DNA from: Candidatus Nomurabacteria bacterium
GTDB taxonomy: Bacteria; Patescibacteriota; Minisyncoccia; Phycocordibacterales; UBA9973
Assembly (NCBI GenBank): GCA_026395995.1
Contig: JAPLXQ010000010.1
Span: 2,587-66,586, forward strand
Reading direction: 5' to 3'
DNA length: 64,000 bases
Both the position numbers and the translations under genes were made by a program. The notes below the pieces were generated by a model that searched no databases, was not told where the DNA came from, and saw only the letters and a program-made list of their open reading frames with translations. Shown piece by piece: positions 48,535 through 56,800 of this stretch. Position 1 is the stretch's first letter, and each line of letters begins with the position of its first letter.

Positions 48535-49146
48535 ATGGAACTTATAAAAAGTATTGCATTTGATGCAGACGATACTATTATCTATACGTTAGAAATGTTG
48601 AATAATTTTTACAATGCTAAATATAATAAAAAATTTAGCATTGAGGACTATACTTCATACGATTTGTATAAAATATGGGGAGTTAGTTATGAACAAACAG
48701 TAGAAGATATTCGTATGTTTTATGACAGTGAATTTTATAGGAAGATTAAAACAACTACAGGTGCTCATGAAGCAGTAAGTTACTTGTCTAAAAAATATGA
48801 TCTTCATATTGTTACTTCACGAAGTAAAGATGCAGAAGAATATCTTAACTTTACTTTATCAAAATTATTTTTGCCAGATCATTTTTTGGATATACATTCG
48901 ATAGGTTATGGGCCGGATTCATCTATGTGTAAATGGGAGAAGTGTAAAGAAATAAATACACCAATACTTATAGATGACCATCATGGACATTTGATTTCTG
49001 CAGCAGAACAAGGAATACACGGAATATTAATTCCAGCACCTTGGAATAAAAACATTACAGGTCTACCAAAGGAAATTTTTCGTGTGAGAAATTTAAGTGA
49101 AGCAGTAGAGGTAATTGAAAAGAACCAAAAAATAATTTGGAAATAA
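48535..49146 (+). CDS. HAD-superfamily phosphatase, 5'(3')-deoxyribonucleotidase (NT5C)-like
   Basis: DxDxT motif FDADDTI at N-terminus; context in dNTP cluster; terminator hairpin 49150-49180. Confidence 0.45.
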   Translation: MELIKSIAFDADDTIIYTLEMLNNFYNAKYNKKFSIEDYTSYDLYKIWGVSYEQTVEDIRMFYDSEFYRKIKTTTGAHEAVSYLSKKYDLHIVTSRSKDAEEYLNFTLSKLFLPDHFLDIHSIGYGPDSSMCKWEKCKEINTPILIDDHHGHLISAAEQGIHGILIPAPWNKNITGLPKEIFRVRNLSEAVEVIEKNQKIIWK

Positions 49147-49206
49147 TAAAAAGAGCCCTAGCATTAGGGCTCTTTTCTTTTACTTTTATTGTTGTATACT
49201 TTGCAT

Positions 49207-49695
49207 ATGTCAGAAAACTATAAAAGACCATCTTGGGACGAATACTTTTTAGAAATAATGGACACAGTAGCCAAGAGAGCTAGCTGTGATAGGGGACGCT
49301 CAGGCTGCGTTATTGTCAAAGATAATAGAATCCTTGCTACTGGGTATGTCGGTGCTCCGGCAGGAGTAAAAAGCTGTGATGATGCAGGACATGAAATGCA
49401 TACAGTAATCCATGCTGACGGTACTCAAACACAGCATTGTATTCGTACTGCTCATAATGAACAAAATGCTATTGTGCATGCTGCTCGTACCGGCGTCGCA
49501 CTTTTAGGTGGAACAATGTATTGTTATATGACTCCTTGTTATGCTTGTGCAAAGATGATTATTAATTCTGGGATTGTCAGAGTAGTAGCCAAGAAAGATT
49601 ATCATGCTGGAGAAAGATCAAAAGAAATATTTAAAGAAGCTGGAGTTAAATATGAACTTATAAATAATGAAGTCGAAAAATATACTAATCAATAA
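49207..49695 (+). CDS. dCMP deaminase (CDA-fold, ComEB-like)
   Basis: HNEQNAI and PCYACAKMI zinc-binding motifs; alternative start at 49189. Confidence 0.8.
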   Translation: MSENYKRPSWDEYFLEIMDTVAKRASCDRGRSGCVIVKDNRILATGYVGAPAGVKSCDDAGHEMHTVIHADGTQTQHCIRTAHNEQNAIVHAARTGVALLGGTMYCYMTPCYACAKMIINSGIVRVVAKKDYHAGERSKEIFKEAGVKYELINNEVEKYTNQ

Positions 49696-49705
49696 TTAAA
49701 ACTTT

Positions 49706-50038
49706 ATGTCTGTTGATCTAAAAGAATTACAAAAAGAGGTGATGAGGAATAAGATTGAAAAAGGTTTCAATACTACTGATGTAGCATTAGAATTTTGTCG
49801 AGCTCATGAAGAACTCTCAGAAGCTTTTTCAAAGTTTAATAAAAATCAAGACGGAGTAGCAGAAGAATTTGCTGATGTGGCTGTGTTCTTGCTCGGTATG
49901 TGTGAAATACTTGGTTATGATTTGGAAAAAGAATTGGTTCGAAAAATTGAAATAAATAAAAATCGTAAATATAAAAAAGCTAAATCTCCAGACGGTAAAG
50001 ATATTTTCATAAGAGAGAAAACAGACATAGATCCATAA
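49706..50038 (+). CDS. MazG-like nucleotide pyrophosphohydrolase
   Basis: EELSEAFSK...EEFADVAVFLLGMCE all-alpha NTP-PPase motifs; terminator 50046-50070. Confidence 0.65.
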   Translation: MSVDLKELQKEVMRNKIEKGFNTTDVALEFCRAHEELSEAFSKFNKNQDGVAEEFADVAVFLLGMCEILGYDLEKELVRKIEINKNRKYKKAKSPDGKDIFIREKTDIDP

Positions 50039-50071
50039 ATAATAAAAGGCCCCTTGTGGGGCCTTTTTAGA

Positions 50072-50569
50072 TTAAAATTTTATGTATTCTACAAATGAAT
50101 ACGACTTCTCATTCCTTTCGTCAGCATCGTATCTTTCACGATTTGTTTCTCCAAAAACTATTGGAATAATTTCCGGGAAAAATGCATCAGCGTCTTTGTC
50201 TGTCGCTTCTACATGAGTGATATATAGCTTGTCAGCAATTTTTATTGCTTCTCTGTATATTTGTTCACCGCCAGTAATAAAAGATTCTGTTACTGTTTCA
50301 TCTTGTCTAACTAGAGTGAGAGCATCTTCAAGTGAATGAACCACTTCGATGTCTGGAGCTGTATAGTCTACGTTACGAGTAATGACAATATTTCGTCTTT
50401 TTGGTAATGCTTTACCTAAAGATTCAAAGGTCTTGCGACCCATGATTATTGGATGTCCTGAAGTTATTTCTTGGAAATGTTTCAGGTCGGTCTTTAAACG
50501 CCATAGCAATTTATTATTTTTGCCGAGTTCGTTATTTTCACCTATAACTGCAATAATAGATATTTTCAT
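50072..50569 (-). CDS. folA: Dihydrofolate reductase
   Basis: ISIIAVIGENNELGKNNKLLWRLKTDLKHFQEIT...IIMGRKTFESLG. Confidence 0.85.
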   Translation of the reverse strand: MKISIIAVIGENNELGKNNKLLWRLKTDLKHFQEITSGHPIIMGRKTFESLGKALPKRRNIVITRNVDYTAPDIEVVHSLEDALTLVRQDETVTESFITGGEQIYREAIKIADKLYITHVEATDKDADAFFPEIIPIVFGETNRERYDADERNEKSYSFVEYIKF

Positions 50570-50572
50570 AAT

Positions 50573-51529
50573 TTATACAGCTATTGGTGCTTTAATCATC
50601 GGATGAGGGTCATATCCAATAAGCTCAAAATCTTCAAAGACAAAATCTTCTATATTTTTTACTTCAGGATTTATTTTCATTGTCGGCATGCTACGAATTT
50701 CATTTTTACGTGAAATCTGAAGGTTTGCTTGTTCAAGATGGTTTGAATATAAGTGTGTATCTCCACCAGTCCAAATAAATTCTCCGAGTTCAAGTCCAGT
50801 GACTTGTGCCATCATCATAGTAAGTAATGCATATGAAGCAATGTTGTAAGGTACACCTAAAAAGGTATCACAACTTCTTTGATATAACAGACAAGATAAT
50901 TTATTGTCAGCTACATAAAACTGGAATATACAATGACATGGTGGAAGACCACTTACAGCCATTGCATCTAAGTCAGCAACATTCCATGCAGATACTATCA
51001 TTCTTCGAGAATCAGGTTGTTTTTTTAATTGTTCAATGACAATTTTGATTTGATCGATATGTCCACCATTTGGTGTTGGCCAGTTCCTCCATTGGTAACC
51101 ATAGATTGGTCCAAGGTCTCCATTTTCTTTTGCAAAAACTGGATCAGTTTTTATTTTTTCTACATATTCTTTCAATCCAGTTTTCCATTCATCACTTTCT
51201 GTCTTTGGTACAGGGATACCATTTTTCTTCAAATATGCTTTGTATGGCCATTCGTCCCAAATACCTACACCGTTATCAGCTAGATATTTTAAGTTTGTAT
51301 CACCACGTAAGAACCAAATCAATTCATGAATGATTCCTTTCATGTGTACTTTTTTTGTTGTTAGGAGAGGGAAGCCATTTGCTAGATCGAATCGCATTTG
51401 ATATCCGAAGACACTTTTTGTACCTGTTCCTGTACGATCAGTTTTTGTCGCACCACTTTGTAAGATATGTTCCAATAATTTTAAATACTGGTTATCTACA
51501 TGATTGTTGTTATCCATATTTTCCATTGT
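50573..51529 (-). CDS. thyA: Thymidylate synthase ThyA
   Basis: [20 protein letters not shown] catalytic Cys motif; upstream ORF extension likely non-coding. Confidence 0.9.
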   Translation of the reverse strand, partial: TMENMDNNNHVDNQYLKLLEHILQSGATKTDRTGTGTKSVFGYQMRFDLANGFPLLTTKKVHMKGIIHELIWFLRGDTNLKYLADNGVGIWDEWPYKAYLKKNGIPVPKTESDEWKTGLKEYVEKIKTDPVFAKENGDLGPIYGYQWRNWPTPNGGHIDQIKIVIEQLKKQPDSRRMIVSAWNVADLDAMAVSGLPPCHCIFQFYVADNKLSCLLYQRSCDTFLGVPYNIASYALLTMMMAQVTGLELGEFIWTGGDTHLYSNHLEQANLQISRKNEIRSMPTMKINPEVKNIEDFVFEDFELIGYDPHPMIKAPIAV

Positions 51530-51724
51530 ACTATATTTATTATAGTTAAGGTAATTATTTACTTTGAGTTTAGCATAATATAAATCTTTGTATATTTGAC
51601 AAAATAAGTACAAAATGCTATTCTTTTACTATCACTCTCATCTATTAAATAACGAGACTGAAACCTGTGGAAATCAATTATGACTTTTGTGTCGTGCGAT
51701 TGGTTACCATGACACAAAAATTAT

Positions 51725-53104
51725 ATGATAAAAACACGCAGTTTCGCGCGTCCGGCTTCGGCTCGACCGCATGCTCCTTCTGCTCGCCCAGCGAGAAGTG
51801 GAGCAGGTTACTCACATAGTGCACCACGTCACGCTAGTAGCGGGGCAGTTTCTCATCGTCCAGCAGCTAAACCAGCTTTTGGATCTAGACCTCATTCTGC
51901 TCCATCTGGAGGCAGAGCTTTTGGTAGTAACAGACCTAGTTTTAAAGGACGAGGTAATTTTGGACCAAAGAGAGGTGCAGGAGGAAAAAGATTTGGAGGA
52001 GAGAGAATAGATTATTCTCGCTTTATTAAAAAAGCAGTAAAAGTAGAAGAGAAGCCGTATGTTTCAAAACATACTTTTTCTGATTTTCCTTTTGATGCAG
52101 TTATTCAGAGAAATATCGCAAAGAAGGGTTACATTCATCCTCGCCCTATTCAAGACCAATCAATTCCTTCAGTTATTGCAGGTAAAGACGTTTTCGGTAT
52201 GGCAAATACAGGACAAGGAAAAACTGCAGCGTTCCTACTTCCACTTATAAATAAAGTAATGAAAAACAAAGAAGAGAAAGTCCTTGTACTTGCTCCTACT
52301 CGTGAACTTGCAATGCAAATTGAAGAAGACCTTCGCTCTATGGCATCTGGTTCAAAACTTTTCGGAGTTTGTGTCGTCGGTGGTATGCCAATCGATAAAC
52401 AAATTCGTGAAATAAAACACGGAGTATCTTTCGTTATCGGAACTCCAGGACGTGTAACTGATCTTATAAAAAGAAAAGTTCTCGACCTTGCTCCATACAA
52501 ATCTATCGTTCTCGATGAAGCTGACCGTATGCTAGATATGGGATTCCGCGATGATATGGTTTTCATTTTAGGAAAATGTGCAGAGCAAAGACAAACTCTT
52601 TTCTTCTCTGCTACTCTTTCTCCAGAAATTAAAAAACTTACAGAAAAATTCTTGAAAGATCCTATCTTTATATCTGTTATGACAGGGGAGACTTCAAAAA
52701 ATATTGATCAAGATGTTGTGAAATTTACTTCAAAAGAAGATCGTTTCGACAAACTTGTAGAAGTTTTGAAAAAAGATGGTTCTGATAAAGTTCTAATCTT
52801 CCGCGAAATGAAACATGCTTGTGATACTATTACAAAAGAACTTTCTGATGCTGGTTTCAAAGTTGGTTGTATTCATGGCGACAAACGTAGTCGTGATCGT
52901 ATCCGTACTTTGGATTTATTCAAGACTGATAAAATAAATATCCTTGTTGCGACAGACGTCGCAGCTCGTGGACTCGATATTCCCGATGTGACCCACGTCA
53001 TCAACTACGATATCCCGCAGACCTACGACACCTACGTCCACCGCATCGGCCGAACCGGTCGTGCTGACAAAAAAGGCAACGCGCTGACTTTCGTTCCGCA
53101 ATAA
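51725..53104 (+). CDS. DEAD-box ATP-dependent RNA helicase with GC-rich Arg/Ser/Gly-rich N-terminal extension
   Basis: Q-motif, Walker A ANTGQGKT, DEAD, SAT, HRIGRTGR. Confidence 0.85.
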   Translation: MIKTRSFARPASARPHAPSARPARSGAGYSHSAPRHASSGAVSHRPAAKPAFGSRPHSAPSGGRAFGSNRPSFKGRGNFGPKRGAGGKRFGGERIDYSRFIKKAVKVEEKPYVSKHTFSDFPFDAVIQRNIAKKGYIHPRPIQDQSIPSVIAGKDVFGMANTGQGKTAAFLLPLINKVMKNKEEKVLVLAPTRELAMQIEEDLRSMASGSKLFGVCVVGGMPIDKQIREIKHGVSFVIGTPGRVTDLIKRKVLDLAPYKSIVLDEADRMLDMGFRDDMVFILGKCAEQRQTLFFSATLSPEIKKLTEKFLKDPIFISVMTGETSKNIDQDVVKFTSKEDRFDKLVEVLKKDGSDKVLIFREMKHACDTITKELSDAGFKVGCIHGDKRSRDRIRTLDLFKTDKINILVATDVAARGLDIPDVTHVINYDIPQTYDTYVHRIGRTGRADKKGNALTFVPQ

Positions 53105-53168
53105 ATTTGACACTATTGTTATAGGTAGTATTATTAGCTTATTACTCAATTAAATAATATAAAAACAT

Positions 53169-53414
53169 ATGGACAACGTACCACACAATAAGCTATTTAG
53201 TGAAATGGACAAAGAAGAACTAAATAAAGCTGAAGAAATAATAAGAAAAAAATTAAAGCCTATGTCTACTGAATTTTATCAACTAGGTTTAATAAGTGAA
53301 CTTAACATGGAGTTTAAAGAAGCATTAGAGTACTACAAACAAGCATTGGCTTGTGATCCAAATAATAGTGTAGCAATTTTAAAAGTAAAAAACCTCGAGG
53401 AAAAATCAAAATAA
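53169..53414 (+). CDS. Small TPR-like protein
   Basis: ORF track; terminators 53425-53475. Confidence 0.3.
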   Translation: MDNVPHNKLFSEMDKEELNKAEEIIRKKLKPMSTEFYQLGLISELNMEFKEALEYYKQALACDPNNSVAILKVKNLEEKSK

Positions 53415-53552
53415 GAAAAAAGAGTGGCATTGAGTCACTCTTTTTAGTCTAAAAATCCTGCTTTGCAAGCGGGATTTTTTTCATATATAATCAATCTGTG
53501 ATTTAATGAGCTCCAAAACTTTATTACTATTTAACTTTTAACTATTTTTACT

Positions 53553-54725
53553 ATGAAAGATACACAAATAAAAAAATTAATAACAGCAGAAGGTAAAAGA
53601 CAGAAAAGTGTTATTAATTTAATCGCCTCAGAAAATTATGTTTCCAAAGATGTTTTAGCGGCTCTCGGTTCAGTCCTTACAAATAAATATGCAGAAGGGT
53701 ATCCAGGACGAAGATATTATGGAGGAAATGAAATTATTGATAAAGTAGAAACTCTAGCTATCGATCGTGCGTTAAAACTTTTTAAATTAAAACCAGACGC
53801 ATGGCATGTGAATGTTCAGCTCCTTTCTGGAAGTCCTGCGAATTTTGCATTGTATTCTGCTCTCGTACCTATCGGTGGAAAAATAATGGGAATGAAATTA
53901 ACTTCTGGTGGACATCTCACACACGGACATCCACTTTCTATGACAGGTAAACTTTGGAAACCGATTCAATTCGAACTCGACCCAAAAACAGAAGTCATCG
54001 ATTATGATGCAATTGAAAAATTAGCAATACAAGAAAAGCCAGATATTATCGTCGCTGGTTTTACCGCATATCCACGCGTTGTTGATTTTAAAAAGTTTAG
54101 ATCTATCGCTGACAAATGCGGAGCATTATTACATATCGATATGTCTCACTTTGCAGGACTTGTCGCAGGGGGAGTGTATCCATCTCCATTTCCATATGCA
54201 GACAGTGTGATGACTACTACTCACAAATCTCTCCGTGGTCCGAGACAAGCAATTCTTTTTGTAAAAAAAGATGAACGTGGTTTTGATAAAAAATTAGATA
54301 AGATGGTAATACCTGGACTCTTTGGTGGTCCACATGAAAACAATATTGCCGGAGTTGCGATAGCACTCAAAGAAGCTGACACTCCAGCCTTTAAAAAATA
54401 CGCAAAACAAGTTATTAAAAATGCGCAAACATTAGCAAAAGAATTACAACGTTTAGGCTGGAAAATAGTTTCTGGTGGCACTGATTCACACTTGATATTG
54501 ATGGATACTTTTTCTTCAAATGGTGTTACAGGTAGTGATGCTAGTAAAAAGCTTGAAAAAGCAGGGATAATAGTAAATATGAATACTGTTCCAGGGGACA
54601 CACGTTCTGTTATGGATCCATCTGGTATTCGCCTAGGTACTTGTGCAGAAACAACAATAGGTAAAAAAGAAAAAGATATGATTAAAATAGCACAGAAGAT
54701 GGATAAAGTATTAAGAGGTAAATAA
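53553..54725 (+). CDS. glyA: Serine hydroxymethyltransferase
   Basis: NLIASENYVSKDVLAALGSVLTNKYAEGYPGRRYYGGNE. Confidence 0.9.
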   Translation: MKDTQIKKLITAEGKRQKSVINLIASENYVSKDVLAALGSVLTNKYAEGYPGRRYYGGNEIIDKVETLAIDRALKLFKLKPDAWHVNVQLLSGSPANFALYSALVPIGGKIMGMKLTSGGHLTHGHPLSMTGKLWKPIQFELDPKTEVIDYDAIEKLAIQEKPDIIVAGFTAYPRVVDFKKFRSIADKCGALLHIDMSHFAGLVAGGVYPSPFPYADSVMTTTHKSLRGPRQAILFVKKDERGFDKKLDKMVIPGLFGGPHENNIAGVAIALKEADTPAFKKYAKQVIKNAQTLAKELQRLGWKIVSGGTDSHLILMDTFSSNGVTGSDASKKLEKAGIIVNMNTVPGDTRSVMDPSGIRLGTCAETTIGKKEKDMIKIAQKMDKVLRGK

Positions 54726-54728
54726 TTT

Positions 54729-55139
54729 ATGAAGATATTTATCTGCACAAGTAAACATTTATATAATCAGATTCCTCCTATAAAAGAATCTCTTGAAAAA
54801 AGTGGTCACATTATAACTTTACCAAATAGTCTTGATAATCCTTTGAAAGAGCAAGAAATGAAAACAGTAGGAACAGCAGAACATTCAAAATGGAAAGGAG
54901 AGATGCTTCGACTTCAAAAAGAAAAAGTTAACATGAATGATGCAATTTTAGTTTTAAATTTTGAAAAGAACGGACAGGCGAATTATATTGGAGGAGCTAC
55001 ATTTTTAGAAATTTACATGGCTTTTGAATTAGGTAAAAAGATATTTTTGTATAATCCAATTCCAGAAAGCTTTTTAAAAGATGAATTGCTGGGGATGAAC
55101 CCTTTTATTATTAATGGTGATTTAAGTTTAATAAAATAA
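54729..55139 (+). CDS. Possible nucleoside 2-deoxyribosyltransferase-like (flavodoxin-fold) protein
   Basis: MKIFICTS start, size and context; weak. Confidence 0.3.
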   Translation: MKIFICTSKHLYNQIPPIKESLEKSGHIITLPNSLDNPLKEQEMKTVGTAEHSKWKGEMLRLQKEKVNMNDAILVLNFEKNGQANYIGGATFLEIYMAFELGKKIFLYNPIPESFLKDELLGMNPFIINGDLSLIK

Positions 55140-55143
55140 TTTT

Positions 55144-55833
55144 ATGAAAAAAGGAAAATTAATTGTAATAGACGGTACGGACGGAAGTGGAAAGGCGACA
55201 CAGGTAGAATTACTTCGTTTACGTTTAGTAAAAGAAGGCTATAAAGTAAAGACTGTAGATTTCCCGGAATACTATAAAAATTTCTTCGGCAACTTTATTG
55301 GTCACTGTTTGAGTGAGCAATATTTTAATTTTGTGAAAGTTCATCCTAAAATAGCTTCTGTCTTATATGCAGCCGATCGTTGGGAATCATCTGATCAAAT
55401 TGATGGGTGGTTGAAATCTGGGTGCATAGTTATTGCCAATAGATATGTTTCAGCTAATCAAATTCACCAGGGTGGAAAAATAACAAATGCTAAAAAAAGA
55501 AAAGACTTTTTACGTTGGCTGGATGATATGGAATATAGGGTTTTCGGTATACCGAGACCAGATGTAGTAATTTATTTGGAGGTTCCAATCAAGGTTACCC
55601 AAAAATTAATGATTGAACGTGATGCAAAAAACGCTAGACAGTATTTAAAGAAAAAGGGAGATGTTCACGAAAATGACCCAGTCTTTTTGGAAAATTCACG
55701 TAAGAGTGCATTGAAACTTATCAAAGAATTAAATAACTTTATAAAAATTTCTTGCGTAAAAGGTTTTAATATGAGAGCTAGAGAAGATATTCATGAAGAT
55801 GTATATTTAGAAATTAAAAAAGTTTTAAAATAA
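55144..55833 (+). CDS. Thymidylate kinase-like (d)NMP kinase
   Basis: P-loop LIVIDGTDGSGKATQ, DRY-like ANRYVSANQIHQG. Confidence 0.6.
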   Translation: MKKGKLIVIDGTDGSGKATQVELLRLRLVKEGYKVKTVDFPEYYKNFFGNFIGHCLSEQYFNFVKVHPKIASVLYAADRWESSDQIDGWLKSGCIVIANRYVSANQIHQGGKITNAKKRKDFLRWLDDMEYRVFGIPRPDVVIYLEVPIKVTQKLMIERDAKNARQYLKKKGDVHENDPVFLENSRKSALKLIKELNNFIKISCVKGFNMRAREDIHEDVYLEIKKVLK

Positions 55834-55834
55834 T

Positions 55835-56245
55835 ATGAAAATATATTTTGCAGGATCAATACGAGGAGGAAGAGATGACAAAGATATTTATGCTGATATT
55901 ATTTCTTTACTGAAAAAATATGGCCCAGTACTGAGTGAACATATAGGCGACAAAAATCTTTCAAGTCAAGGTCAAACGTCAATGACGAATGAACAAATTT
56001 ATCAGAAAGATGTTAATTGGATTAATGAATCTGATATTATCATTGCTGAAGTTACAAACCCATCACTTGGTGTTGGTTATGAATTAGGCCTTGCTGAATC
56101 TCTTAAAAAGAAAATTATTGCCTTATACAGAGTAGTAGACGGTAAAAGGCTTTCCGCAATGGTAGCAGGAAATAGTAATATTACTTGTATAGAATATACC
56201 GAAGTTTCTGAATTAGATAAAATATTTGAAGAAATTTTTAAATAA
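55835..56245 (+). CDS. 2'-deoxynucleoside 5'-phosphate N-hydrolase (DNPH1/Rcl) / nucleoside 2-deoxyribosyltransferase family
   Basis: MKIYFAGSIRGGR N-terminus characteristic of DNPH1; ...EVTNPSLGVGYELGLAE. Confidence 0.65.
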   Translation: MKIYFAGSIRGGRDDKDIYADIISLLKKYGPVLSEHIGDKNLSSQGQTSMTNEQIYQKDVNWINESDIIIAEVTNPSLGVGYELGLAESLKKKIIALYRVVDGKRLSAMVAGNSNITCIEYTEVSELDKIFEEIFK

Positions 56246-56254
56246 TATTTATCG

Positions 56255-56285
56255 CTTAAAAAGCCCGAGTTATCTCGGGTTTTTA
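56255..56285 (+). terminator. Rho-independent terminator
   Basis: aaaagcccgagttatctcgggttttt. Confidence 0.6.
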
Positions 56286-56299
56286 TTTTTCTTATAATT

Positions 56300-56737
56300 A
56301 TGTACAATGAAAACATGCAGTTTAAGATCAAAAAATTGAAAGAAGGTGCGAAATTACCTAGTTATGCAAACCCGGGGGATGTGGGTATGGATTTGTATTC
56401 TATGGAAAATGTTACTTTGGCTCCTATGGAACATACTATTTTAAATCATGGTTTTGCTTTAGAATTCCCTGAAGGATACGGAGGTTTTGTTATGGACAAG
56501 GGAAGTATTTCAAAAGCAGGGCTCAAAGTTATGGGTGGGGTATATGATGCAGGGTATAGAGGCGAATACAATACACATCTGGTTAATTTGTCTGATAAAT
56601 CATATACTATCGAAGTAGGAGATAAAGTTTCTCAACTAGTCATCACTCCTGTCGTAATAGGCGAGATAGAGGAGGTGAATGAACTTTCAGAATCTGTTCG
56701 CGGAGAGGGTAGATATGGTTCAACTGGTAGAAAATAA
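56300..56737 (+). CDS. dut: dUTP diphosphatase
   Basis: dUTPase motifs PGDVGMDL, GGFVMDKGSISK, RGEGRYGSTG. Confidence 0.85.
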   Translation: MYNENMQFKIKKLKEGAKLPSYANPGDVGMDLYSMENVTLAPMEHTILNHGFALEFPEGYGGFVMDKGSISKAGLKVMGGVYDAGYRGEYNTHLVNLSDKSYTIEVGDKVSQLVITPVVIGEIEEVNELSESVRGEGRYGSTGRK

Positions 56738-56800
56738 GATCTCACCCCCAACCCCTCTCCTTATAAAGGAGAGGGGCGCCGGGATGGAATACACAATATA

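Noticed and set aside
51029-51549. Several 64-87 aa plus-strand ORFs
   Set aside because: They are antisense to thyA.
50573-51613. ThyA as a possible dUMP/dCMP hydroxymethylase for DNA hypermodification
   Set aside because: The canonical ThyA motifs and the immediately adjacent folA argue for ordinary thymidylate synthase. I keep it only as a caveat under the nucleotide-cluster finding.
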